From: Myxococcales bacterium
Lineage (GTDB): Bacteria > Myxococcota_A > Polyangia > Polyangiales > DASUME01
Reading direction: 5' to 3'
NCBI GenBank assembly: GCA_047601445.1
Contig: JASGJH010000001.1
Location: 3,584,001 to 3,648,000, forward strand
Length of the DNA stretch: 64,000 nucleotides
The notes beneath the pieces are model-generated. The model worked only from the letters and a program-made list of their open reading frames with translations. It was not told the DNA's origin and did no database searches. Numbering within the stretch: position 1 is the stretch's first letter; every line of letters starts with the position of its first letter. Shown piece after piece: positions 51,596 to 60,991 of this stretch. Position numbers and translations under genes: made by a program.

Positions 51596-53096
51596 ATGCC
51601 CACGATCGACCCTGCCAAAGGTGTGCTCGTCATTCGCGTCGTCTACGACGGCCCCGCGCTGTCCGGAAAGACCACGAGCTTGCGGGCACTGGCCAAGGGC
51701 GTGTCGCGTGACGTGGAGTGTCCAGGTGAGAAGGACGGGCGCACCCTGTACTTCGATTGGGTCGACTACGTGGGCGGCATCTTCGAGGGTCGACAAATCC
51801 GCTGCCAGATCGTGAGTGTCCCCGGTCAAAAGCAGCTAGCCAAGCGCCGCAAGTTCTTGCTAGAGAGCGCCGATGCGGTGGTATGCGTGCTCGATACGCG
51901 CGCTGGGGAGATCGAGTTCGGCCTCAATTGGCTCTCGGATCTGACCACCAGCTGCCGCAAGAAGAGTCCTCCGGTGGGGATCGTGCTCCAGGCCAACAAG
52001 CGCGACGCCATCGACGCCGTGCCGCGCGAGGAGCTGAGGACGCGCATCAACAAGGTGGCGCCCATCGCCATCGTGGAATCCGTGGCCCGCGCTTCGGACG
52101 GCATCCGCGAGGCCTTCGTGCTGGCAGTGCGCCTCGCGCTCGATCGCGTCCGCGCGCTCTCGGCCGAAGGGCGCCTGGAGAGCAGTACGTCCTACGATGA
52201 GCGTGCCCAGGATCTGCTGACCAAGCTGGAGCAGGCCGAGTCGGTGGCCGACGTCGCGCTGCCCGAGCAGGCCGCCTACGGAGAGCCCATCCCGCCCCTC
52301 ACCGAGGTCACGCCCCTCGCAGTACGCGGCCCGGGCAGCGCGGAGGACGAGCCGCTCGAGGTCGGCGAGGAACGCGTGTTCGTCCCGGATCCGATGATGC
52401 CAGGTGGGATGATTTGGCCGCCCGTCGACGGGCGCACGTTGCTCTACGAAGTGGCGGGGCTAGGCATTCGCCCGGCGCGCACGCCGCGCGGGGAATGGTG
52501 GGGTTCAGGCTCGGGCTGGCGCTTTCACTCCCAGGCCAACGCGATTCTATCGAGATCACAACCGGGCGCGCGCCGAGCTCATCGACCGCGCGCGACTACA
52601 CGCCGCCAATGCCGCCCACATCTCTCCGGGACGCGCCGTGATCCTGGCCGACGCTGGCTCCGGCAGGCTCCGGCTGTGGCAGCTGGTCCGCGTGGAGCCC
52701 GTGTTACGCGAGCGGTTGGCCGGAGCGATGGCGGCCCCCGATGCCCGAAGCGTGGCGCTCGGCTTCCTCGATGTGGCCCTGCAACTACTCACGGCGCGCG
52801 AGTGGTTCAGCAAGGGGGCCATCCAGCTGCCCTGTACGCTCTGGACGGTCGGCTCCGACCGTCCCAATCGGCCCACCTTCGTCGGGCTGATGCCGGACGG
52901 CCACTCGCCCACCTTGCCCGAGGTCGGCCCCGCGGCGCTGCTGCGACGGGAGCTCACGCCGCACCTGCGGGAGCTGCGGCGCTCGCGCGTGGACTACGCC
53001 GAGGTCTTCGCCGAAGTGGCGGCGCAAGCTTCCATCACGCGCGCCCAGGAGGACCCGGCGCGGCTCCTTGGAGCGGTCGTGCTCGAGTTCGACTAG
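51596..53096 (+). CDS. MglA-like small GTPase with ~300-aa C-terminal extension; +1 frameshift at ~52545
   Basis: VVYDGPALSGKTT, GRTLYFDW, SVPGQ, ADAVVCVLD, ANKRD; joins ORF 52638..53096 when a T is removed from GATTC (52543-52547). Confidence 0.85.
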
Positions 53097-53105
53097 AGCC
53101 GTCGC

Positions 53106-54527
53106 TCAGCGCAGTCCGTAGCGGCGCAGTCGATCGCGCAGGGTGGTGCGCGGCAGCCCGAGTACGCGCGCCGCAGCGCTCAAGTTGTGCCCGGAGGACT
53201 CCCAGGTTTCCTGAATGGTGCGGCGTTCGAGATCACGCAGCGGCTCGAGTCGGACGCCACTCTGAGTCGGTGAGCTGAACTGAGCCACCTGCACCTGGGC
53301 CGTCTTGCTCTCCGCGATGGGCTCTCGACTCTCCGCGAGCGCGGTATGACTCGGACGTTCCTGGCGATCCTTCAGCGCAGCCATCAGCTCTGCCACGCCC
53401 ACTCGCCCACCGGCCGACAACACGGCCGCCTGCTGCACCACCGCGCGCAGCTCGCGCACGTTGCCAGGCCACGCATAGGCGTGGAGCGCTTCGATGGCGC
53501 GCGGCGAAAAGTCGACCTCCACCCCATAGCGCTCCGCGAAGTCTCCCAGGAAGTGACGCGCCAGCATGTCGATGTCTTCGGAGCGGTCGCGCAGGGGCGG
53601 CGTGGTGATGGTGAAGCCGGCCAGGCGATAGTAGAGATCACTGCGTAGGCTGGAGGCCGTCCCGATCAAGTTGCGGTGCGTCGCACTGATCACGCGCGCC
53701 CGAAACGGGATGTCGCGCGAGCTGCCCACGCGCCGAAAACTGCGGGTCTCCAGGGCGCGCAGCAACTTGGGCTGCAGTGAACTCGGTAGCTCGCCGATCT
53801 CGTCGAGGAACAAGGTGCCAGAACCGGCGCTCTCGAAGAGGCCCGGGCGGCTGCCGCGCGCGCCGGTGAAGGAGCCTGCTTCGTGGCCGAACAACTCGCT
53901 CTCGAACAGGGACTCGGGGATAGCCGCGCAGTTCACGGGCACGAAGGGGCCGTCGGTCTCGCTCGTGCTGTGCACCGCCTGCGCCACCAACTCCTTGCCG
54001 GTGCCCGTCTCACCCAGGATGAGCACGGGTAGATCGCGATAGCGAGCCACGGTCCGCACCTGCTCGCGCACGGCCCGGATGGCTGGCGCCTCGCCCTTGA
54101 TGAGGTTCGAGAGCGCGGACCCGGAGGCGCGTGGCAGCTCGATCGCAGCAGGTCGCTTCCCCTCGACGACCGCGCGCAGGCGCTGGTCGAGGGTGGCCGC
54201 GCTGATCGGCTTCTCGAGCACGTCCTGAGCGCCGGCGCGCACCGCCTTGACCGCCGACGCCACGTCGAGATGAGCGGACATCAAGACCAGTGCCGACGGA
54301 ACGTTGCGCGCACTCAAGCGCTCGATCAACGACAGGCCGTCCATACCTGGCATCTGCAGGTCGACCACGATGGCTTCGCTGGGCTCGGCTTGGATGGCCT
54401 GCAACGCTTCGTCGCCGCTCCCCGCGACACGCACCGTCCAACCGCGCATCGACAACTCGCGAGCGAGCGAACGCGCGTGGAGAAGGTCGTCGTCTACAAG
54501 CAGTACGGCAGAAGACCGAGCGTGCAT
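53106..54527 (-). CDS. Sigma-54-dependent response regulator (NtrC family; REC-AAA+-Fis HTH)
   Basis: [62 protein letters not shown]. Confidence 0.95.
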   Translation of the reverse strand: MHARSSAVLLVDDDLLHARSLARELSMRGWTVRVAGSGDEALQAIQAEPSEAIVVDLQMPGMDGLSLIERLSARNVPSALVLMSAHLDVASAVKAVRAGAQDVLEKPISAATLDQRLRAVVEGKRPAAIELPRASGSALSNLIKGEAPAIRAVREQVRTVARYRDLPVLILGETGTGKELVAQAVHSTSETDGPFVPVNCAAIPESLFESELFGHEAGSFTGARGSRPGLFESAGSGTLFLDEIGELPSSLQPKLLRALETRSFRRVGSSRDIPFRARVISATHRNLIGTASSLRSDLYYRLAGFTITTPPLRDRSEDIDMLARHFLGDFAERYGVEVDFSPRAIEALHAYAWPGNVRELRAVVQQAAVLSAGGRVGVAELMAALKDRQERPSHTALAESREPIAESKTAQVQVAQFSSPTQSGVRLEPLRDLERRTIQETWESSGHNLSAAARVLGLPRTTLRDRLRRYGLR

Positions 54528-54834
54528 TGAAGTGTCCTTGGGGGGGCCCACAACACAACTGCACTCCTCGCACGCGAAGTCCGCTCGCCCGCGGTTCGCT
54601 GCGAAACTAGCCCCGAAAAACTCTAGCCCAAACGCGCCATGCGCTTCAACTTGTAAGTACGCCCAGCCTCGGCGCACAACAAGTCGTGGGTACGCGGCGC
54701 ACCGCACTCACTTCGCACTCGGTCGAAGTACGCCCTCGGACGCGCGAGCAAAAAGTCCGGCGAGTGCATCACCGCAAGTGCGTGGATAGTTCCGAATGGG
54801 AACGCTACGCGTCACGACGCGCGCTCCCACGCGT

Positions 54835-55152
54835 TCACGACGCGCGGTTGAACTTGTGTTGCTTGACGGACTCGACGGGACCTTCGAGCGCCTGCAGCGC
54901 GGCCGTGTCGATGCAGCTGCCCGTGAACTCGAACTCCAGATCGTGGATGGTGTTGCCACGTTGGAGTGTGAGCGTCATGCGGTTCTTGGAGAGATTGCGC
55001 GCAGCAACGTAGGAATCCATGTCGCTCATCAGGACGCCGTTAACGATCAACAAGCGATCGCCCACGCGCACACCGGCCTTCTCGGCCGGGGACCCTGGAA
55101 AGAGAACGAGGACAGGAATTCCTTCGACTTGCGTTGCGGACACGGCTACCAC
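54835..55152 (-). CDS. Stand-alone PDZ-domain protein
   Basis: GSPAEKAGVRVGDRLLIVNG, TLTLQRG. Confidence 0.75.
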   Translation of the reverse strand: MVAVSATQVEGIPVLVLFPGSPAEKAGVRVGDRLLIVNGVLMSDMDSYVAARNLSKNRMTLTLQRGNTIHDLEFEFTGSCIDTAALQALEGPVESVKQHKFNRAS

Positions 55153-55295
55153 CCCTCGAGGCGGTAACGACGCCTCATGTAGGTGTATATAGCACCGCGT
55201 CTCCTGTTTCTTCCCCGCGTGAGCGCTGTTGTGTGCGACGCAGCACCAGGATCGCGGACCAAAATTCTAAGCGCGCGAAAGTACGAGCGTCGCGT

Positions 55296-56774
55296 TCAAC
55301 AACGCGGACGTTCCAGTAGATCCACCCAGAGATCACGCTGGAGTTGGCTCAGCAACGCTCGCGCTTCGACAACGCTCGGCAATCCAAGCTCGCGCTCCAT
55401 TCGTGTCTCGGGCTGCGCCGCCGCTACGTTGCTTGCGAGCTGGGCGATCGCTTCGCGCAAGGCTGCGTCGATGCGAGCGCGAGCCGGCTCCGCGAGCTGC
55501 GGCATGAGCCAGGCGTGTACCGCGAACGACAGCGAGGCGTGACCCAGCTCATCGTCCGCGATGGATCCCATGCTGCGCTGGACGCGCGAGTCGGCCGCGC
55601 GGACCGCCTGAAATGCACCGACCATGGCGCCGAAGGTCTCGCGCACGCAGCCCTCGACGGCGTTCTCGAGCGCGATGCTCTCGAGCGAGCGCACCGGCAG
55701 CGTGGCGAGCGCGGGCTCCGCTAGCTCGCTTGCTCCGAACGCTCGCGCCAGGGCACCGACCTGCCGTGTGTGCCGCGCCTCCTCCACGCTGGCCCGTCGT
55801 GCCGCTTCGACCAACGCCAATGGTGCGCCGTGATGCGCGAGCTCCTCCGCCAGGCGCTCGAAGGCCAGCACGCTGGCGGCCTCGAGGTACGCGCTCTGCG
55901 CCAGGAACGCCGCGCACTCGTCTCCCTTCGAAGCCGGCGTGGTGGGCGCCAAGCCTGCGGGCATACGCCCCACGCAAGCCTCACTGCGCGAGCGTTCTTC
56001 GGATGAGATCTCGCTGACCTCTCCGGTAAAGCTGACGAGCAACCAGTAGCCGGTCGTGATCATGGGCGAGCAGGTGGAGGTGAGCCTGGTGGCGTAGACC
56101 TCGTAGCCGCGCTCGTTGCGCCTCGCCTGGGTGGATTCGGCCTCGCACGAGACGTTGTAGTGCTCGGCTTGCACCAACAGCAGGGCCTCATCCACCGTGT
56201 CGATGGGCGCCAAAAACTCTCGCAGTTCCTTGGCCGTGGCCCAGCGCCGCACGTCGCCGGCCCGCGTGGTCACCACGGAGATCTCACGACAGATCTGCAG
56301 ACACTGCGGGTTGGTGAAATTCACCGGATGGCGTTCGACTTGCTTCAAACAAGTGGAGCCCGCTGGGGCAGAACTGCACGGGGTGCCGCGCTGGCTCAAG
56401 ACTTCGAACTGCGTTTGCGTCCAGTTCTCCGGGCCGCCCTGGTCGGGGATCCCGCTCGCGCTGCGCAGTGCGAGGTAGTCGACCGGCACGATGGGCTGCA
56501 AATTGGTCGCGTTAACGGGGAAATTGCTGTTTGTGTCGCACTGCACGCGCTCGGGCACCGCGATCGGCGGGGGCGCCACGCTCGGCTGCAGCGGCGGTCG
56601 CTCGGTGGGCTTGGAAGGCATGGCCTTCGGCACCATGCCGGGCGGACTGCACGCACTCATGGGCAACGCAGCGAGCAGCGCGCTCTGAAGCGCCCGGGTC
56701 CGCACCGCACGCAGCATCAGCTCCACCGGATCCTGCGCTCCATCACGCGGCACGACGTGGCCATCCTTCGCCAT
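55296..56774 (-). CDS. Putative lipoprotein with Cys-rich N-domain and C-terminal ferritin-like (di-iron) domain
   Basis: LLAALPMSAC, GRMPAGL, LEAASVLAF, EEARH, ENAVEGCVRE, DDELGH. Confidence 0.8.
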   Translation of the reverse strand: MAKDGHVVPRDGAQDPVELMLRAVRTRALQSALLAALPMSACSPPGMVPKAMPSKPTERPPLQPSVAPPPIAVPERVQCDTNSNFPVNATNLQPIVPVDYLALRSASGIPDQGGPENWTQTQFEVLSQRGTPCSSAPAGSTCLKQVERHPVNFTNPQCLQICREISVVTTRAGDVRRWATAKELREFLAPIDTVDEALLLVQAEHYNVSCEAESTQARRNERGYEVYATRLTSTCSPMITTGYWLLVSFTGEVSEISSEERSRSEACVGRMPAGLAPTTPASKGDECAAFLAQSAYLEAASVLAFERLAEELAHHGAPLALVEAARRASVEEARHTRQVGALARAFGASELAEPALATLPVRSLESIALENAVEGCVRETFGAMVGAFQAVRAADSRVQRSMGSIADDELGHASLSFAVHAWLMPQLAEPARARIDAALREAIAQLASNVAAAQPETRMERELGLPSVVEARALLSQLQRDLWVDLLERPRC

Positions 56775-56829
56775 TGGTTTCCCCCGACTTCACTTTACTG
56801 CCTGCGGTTGCGAAAGGCATGCTGGTGAG

Positions 56830-57894
56830 ATGCCACGCAAACCCACCAAGGCCTCAGGCAAGCCGCGCGCGAGCAAGGGCGAAACGCGCGAGCAGAGCCA
56901 GGACGCCCCCAAGACCAAGCCGCGCAAGCGCAAGAAGACGGTCGAGGCCAAGAGCGTCGGGCTCACGGCCGAACAGTGCGTGGTGGAGACCTCGACGCGC
57001 GAGCTCGAGCCGCTCGCAGCGCGGATCGAACAGGTCGGCGGCCACGTGTTGTGCCGCTATCGGGAGCCCCTCTCGGGTGGGTACGTGCTGTTCGCTGTCT
57101 TGCCCATCGACCAGATCGCGCCCACGCCCTTTCAGCGTGAGCTCTCGAAGACCCACGCCCAACGATTGAGCGAAGTGATCCCCAAGGTGGGCCGCTTCCT
57201 CGATCCCGTGGTGGCGGTCGCAGGTACGGTAGGCGACGCCAGCTTCATGACCCCGAACGGGATGCATCGCCTATCTGCCATGACCAGCCTCGGCGCCAAG
57301 GCCATCACCGCGCTGGTGGTACCCGAACAGGAAATCGCCTATCGCATCCTCGCGCTCAACACGGAGAAGGCCCACAACCTGCGGGACAAGGCGCTCGAAG
57401 TGGTGCGCATGGCCCATGCGCTCTCGGAGGCGGAGGCCACCTCCGAGCACCACGAGACCGAGTTCACGCTCGAGTTCGAGCAGCCTGCACTGCTGACACT
57501 CGGTCTCTGCTACGAGGAGAACGGGCGCTTCTCGGGCGGGGCCTACATGCCTGTGGTGAGTCGCTGCGAGGAGTTCCTGGATCAGCCGCTCTCCGAGACG
57601 CTGCCCATGCGCAAGGAGCGCGCGGAGAAGCTGCTCGAACTCGATCAGGCCGTGAACGAGGCGGTCAAGAAGCTGAAGGACGCTGGCTTTACGTCGGGCT
57701 ACTTGAAACCCGTGGTGGTGGCGCGCATCAACCCGCTGCGGTTCGTGAAGGCCAAGCCGGGCGAGCCCGTGCGAGGAGATTTCGACAAGACCGTGGGCCG
57801 GATGCTCGAGGGAGCGCGCAAGTTCGACGCGTCGAAGGTCAAGGCCTCGGACATCGCGCTGGCAGCCAGCATGGGGAGCGGCGAGGAGAACTGA
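56830..57894 (+). CDS. ParB/Srx N-terminal domain protein (orphan)
   Basis: LPIDQIAPTPFQR, FLDPVV, TPNGMHRL, LALNTEK. Confidence 0.75.
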   Translation: MPRKPTKASGKPRASKGETREQSQDAPKTKPRKRKKTVEAKSVGLTAEQCVVETSTRELEPLAARIEQVGGHVLCRYREPLSGGYVLFAVLPIDQIAPTPFQRELSKTHAQRLSEVIPKVGRFLDPVVAVAGTVGDASFMTPNGMHRLSAMTSLGAKAITALVVPEQEIAYRILALNTEKAHNLRDKALEVVRMAHALSEAEATSEHHETEFTLEFEQPALLTLGLCYEENGRFSGGAYMPVVSRCEEFLDQPLSETLPMRKERAEKLLELDQAVNEAVKKLKDAGFTSGYLKPVVVARINPLRFVKAKPGEPVRGDFDKTVGRMLEGARKFDASKVKASDIALAASMGSGEEN

Positions 57895-57988
57895 GCCCAG
57901 CGCTCCCTACTCATTGATTGGTAGTCGTAGTCGTAGCCGCTCCGCAACTTCGGTTGGCACCCGCCGATAACCTTGGCGGAGGATCGAA

Positions 57989-58324
57989 ATGCTCTACCAC
58001 GAAAAACTAGACGTCTATCAGGCCGCGATTCAGCTGACAGCTCTTTTCGTTCAGATAGGGGAGGCCCTCCCAAAGGGCTACGCGGCACTTGCAGAGCAGC
58101 TCAGACGCGCAGCGATGTCTATCCCACTCAGCATTGCGGAAGGCGTGGGCAAGCCAACTCCAGCAGAGACGGCACGATTCCATGGAATCGCGCGCGGCTT
58201 CGCCATGGAATGCGGCGCCATCCTCGACGTCATGCACATCGAGCAAGGTTCCGTCGACTCGACCAAGTCTGCCAAAGCACGCGTCGTGAGAATCGTGGAA
58301 ATGCTGAGCAGGATGTGCCGCTGA
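57989..58324 (+). CDS. Four-helix-bundle protein (23S rRNA intervening-sequence protein family)
   Basis: HEKLDVYQAA, LAEQLRRAAMSIPLSIAEG, ARGFAMEC; GGAGG RBS. Confidence 0.88.
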   Translation: MLYHEKLDVYQAAIQLTALFVQIGEALPKGYAALAEQLRRAAMSIPLSIAEGVGKPTPAETARFHGIARGFAMECGAILDVMHIEQGSVDSTKSAKARVVRIVEMLSRMCR

Positions 58325-58364
58325 GCCCGAGCACGAGCACGACCACAAATGTGAGCGGGTAGCC

Positions 58365-59336
58365 CTAGCGCTCGGGCCCGAAGCTCAAGTCGAGCGAGCG
58401 CGCGTGCAAGCGGCCCTCCCGCACGTGAAAGTGCAGCATGCGCTCGGCGCCAGGCTCGGCCTCGACCTCGGGACCTTCCAGCACGAGCTCGGTGCTCCCC
58501 GTGAGCTGCAGCACGCTGCCGTCCTCGAAATCCAGGAACAGCAGGCCCGCGTAGGGGTGCAGCAAGAGGTTGCCGAAGGTATTGAAGAAGTAGTTTCCGC
58601 TGTAGTCGGGGATCTTCAGCCAGTGGCCAGTTTGATCTTCTGCGACGTGCACGAAGCCACGCGGGCCGCCGCGGTGGGAGACATCCACGCCGCGGGCAGG
58701 ATCGCGGCTACCGGGCTCGTCGAACGACGCGCTGGCGATGAAGAACGTGTCCGCACGCCGCACGAGCTCCAAAGCCTGCGCGGAGAGCCGCGCGCCTTCG
58801 TGGCTCGTGGGGCCTGCATCGCTGCGGGCACGGAATTCGGCACGCCGACGGTGGATGTACTTGGGGCAGTTGCCGAAGCTCTGCTCGACCTCCAACCGAA
58901 AACCGATGCCGATCTCATGCGCGAGAACGTGTCCGTTGACGCGATTGCGACGTCGCGTCTCGAATTGGATGCCCAGCATGCCCAGCTTGGCGCCAAGCTC
59001 GAGCTGATCCGCCAGTGGGTCGCCCGCGCGCGGCTCCGCGCGGATGTCGAGCGTGGTGGCATCGGGCGTGTGCACGAAGCCGGGCTCGCCCACCAGCAGC
59101 GAAGCCCACGGACGCAACGCAGCATCGAGGCTGCCCACCACCATGAAGGGCTGTTCCTCGAAGAACTCGCGGTGCTGGTCAGGCATGCCCTCGCGCACCA
59201 CGCGCCGCCCCACCTCTCCGAGTCGTTCTGCCAGGCCGTAGCGGGCCTGCAGCGCGCGTTCCCCCGCGTGGAACGCCGGCTCGGCGTGGGACCAACCCGC
59301 GCGCGGATCAGGCTTGTCGTTCGAGGCGTTCGACAT
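58365..59336 (-). CDS. Pyridoxamine 5'-phosphate oxidase-family FMN-binding protein
   Basis: FHAGE, RRRNRVNG, FGNCPKYI, ADTFFIAS, DVSHRGG, PDYSGN. Confidence 0.88.
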   Translation of the reverse strand: MSNASNDKPDPRAGWSHAEPAFHAGERALQARYGLAERLGEVGRRVVREGMPDQHREFFEEQPFMVVGSLDAALRPWASLLVGEPGFVHTPDATTLDIRAEPRAGDPLADQLELGAKLGMLGIQFETRRRNRVNGHVLAHEIGIGFRLEVEQSFGNCPKYIHRRRAEFRARSDAGPTSHEGARLSAQALELVRRADTFFIASASFDEPGSRDPARGVDVSHRGGPRGFVHVAEDQTGHWLKIPDYSGNYFFNTFGNLLLHPYAGLLFLDFEDGSVLQLTGSTELVLEGPEVEAEPGAERMLHFHVREGRLHARSLDLSFGPER

Positions 59337-59961
59337 GGTGGGTCCGAGTGCCCGGCATGGGCACGAAACCGGGCAGCGCTTCGACGCGCGCGAGCCAATC
59401 GCGGAGCCGCGGGTGATCGGCCAGGGAGACCCCTCCTTCGGGCGCCCGCTTGAGGTAGCTGTACATGGCGACGTCCGCGAGGGTCGCGCGCTCGGAGGCC
59501 AAGAAGGGCTTGTGAGCAAGCTCGGCCTCCACCACCGTGAGCAGCTGCTGCGCGAGGGCGCGCGCGGGAACCTCGTCGAGGGTGCTGCGAAACAGGGCCG
59601 CACGACGCAGCGCGCCCGGACCATAGGCGAGCTGCCCGGCAGCGATGGAGAACCAGTGCTGCACTCGGGCCGCGCCCAGCGCGTCGCGGGGCAGCCACGG
59701 GCCCTCGGGATCGTAGCGAGTCACCAGGTAGACCAGGATGGCGTTGCTGTCCGAGAGCGTCAGTTCGCCGTCTTCGATGACGGGCACCTGGCCCCAGGGG
59801 TTTTTGGCCAAGAATGCGGGCTCGCGTTGCGCCCCTTTGGCCAGGTCCACATCGATGGACTCGAACGGCAAGCCCAGCAGAGAGAGCATCAGTTCCACGC
59901 GGTGTGCGTGGCCCGAGAGCGGGTGACGGTAGAGTCGGATCGGTCGAGCAGGCGTTGTCAC
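59308..59961 (-). CDS. Glutathione S-transferase
   Basis: SGHAHRV, NPWGQVPVIED, SDSNAILVYL, TLADVAMY. Confidence 0.92.
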   Translation of the reverse strand: MTTPARPIRLYRHPLSGHAHRVELMLSLLGLPFESIDVDLAKGAQREPAFLAKNPWGQVPVIEDGELTLSDSNAILVYLVTRYDPEGPWLPRDALGAARVQHWFSIAAGQLAYGPGALRRAALFRSTLDEVPARALAQQLLTVVEAELAHKPFLASERATLADVAMYSYLKRAPEGGVSLADHPRLRDWLARVEALPGFVPMPGTRTHHVERLERQA

Positions 59962-60036
59962 GGGCAGTCCTTTCGCATCCGAGGACAGCTTGACCGAGGC
60001 CCATCGGGCGCGGAATGGCCAGCGGACGGAACTCAC

Positions 60037-60055
60037 TATTTCAATCTGTGCAATA
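60037..60055. promoter_or_regulatory. Candidate LysR box (T-N11-A dyad)
   Basis: TATTTCAATCTGTGCAATA, an AT-rich dyad between divergent gst and lysR. Confidence 0.55.
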
Positions 60056-60064
60056 ATCGTGATC

Positions 60065-60979
60065 ATGGATCGCCTCGAAAACATGCGGGTGTTCGCCGTG
60101 GTGGCCGAAACCCGCAGCTTCGCCCGGACCGCCAAGAGGCTCGCCCTGTCCGCCCCCGCCGTGACGCGCGCGGTGCACGCGCTCGAGCAGCACGTGGGCA
60201 CGCAGCTCCTGCACCGGACCACGCGGGCCGTACGACTCACGGATGTGGGCGCGCGCTTCCTCGCGGACGTGCGGCGTATCCTGAGCGAGCTGGACGAGGC
60301 GGAGGCCACTGCGCGCGGATCCTCCACCGCTGCGGTGGGAGAGCTAGCCGTCACGGCGCCGTTGATGTTCGGGCGCCTACACGTGGCCCCGGTGCTGCTC
60401 TCGTTCCTGCGTAAGGAACCGCAACTCACCTCGCGCACGCTGTTCGCCGACCAACTGGTGGACCTATTCGAGGAGCGCATCGACGTGGCGGTACGCATCG
60501 GAAGCCTGGAGGACTCCTCGCTCAAAGCCGTCAAGCTCGGCAGCCTGCGCCGGGTGCTGTGTGCCGCACCGAGCTACCTCGAGCAGCACGGTGTGCCGCG
60601 CAGCCCGGATGATCTCGCCTCCCATCGGCTGATCGCCTTCGTGGGCGTGACGTCGCACCGGCACTGGGCCTTCCGGCAAGGCGAGCGGCTCAAGAGCGTG
60701 GCGCCCAATCCGCGCATGGTCGTGAACGCGGCGGACATGGCCATCGCCGCAGCGTGCGCGGGGCACGGACTCACGCGGGTGCTCTCGTATCAGGTAGAGC
60801 AGGAAGTGCGCGCCGGGGCACTCCGCATCGTGATGCCCGAGTTCGAGCCGCTGCCGACGCCGGTACACCTGGTGCGCGCCGAGAACCCCAAGCCCCCTGC
60901 GCGCGTGCGTCTGTTCATGGACTTCGCCGTGCCGCGCTTGCGCTCGGCGCTGAGCGGCATTCAGGCGGCCTTCGCGTAG
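60065..60979 (+). CDS. LysR-family regulator (CrgA-like)
   Basis: MDRLENMRVF, SFARTAKRL, LLHRTTR, IDVAVRIG. Confidence 0.94.
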   Translation: MDRLENMRVFAVVAETRSFARTAKRLALSAPAVTRAVHALEQHVGTQLLHRTTRAVRLTDVGARFLADVRRILSELDEAEATARGSSTAAVGELAVTAPLMFGRLHVAPVLLSFLRKEPQLTSRTLFADQLVDLFEERIDVAVRIGSLEDSSLKAVKLGSLRRVLCAAPSYLEQHGVPRSPDDLASHRLIAFVGVTSHRHWAFRQGERLKSVAPNPRMVVNAADMAIAAACAGHGLTRVLSYQVEQEVRAGALRIVMPEFEPLPTPVHLVRAENPKPPARVRLFMDFAVPRLRSALSGIQAAFA

Positions 60980-60991
60980 GTCCGCGCGCGT

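Noticed and set aside
50735..53096. Canonical mglBA motility operon
   Set aside because: The roadblocks belong to a different subfamily from MglB, and the GTPase is divergent with a long extension, so gene symbols were withheld.
57954..57972. Sigma-54-like TTGGCAC upstream of the four-helix-bundle gene
   Set aside because: No -12 GC element at the required distance.
57989..58324. Diversity-generating retroelement (Avd-like gene)
   Set aside because: No reverse transcriptase and no template/variable repeat pair seen in the window.
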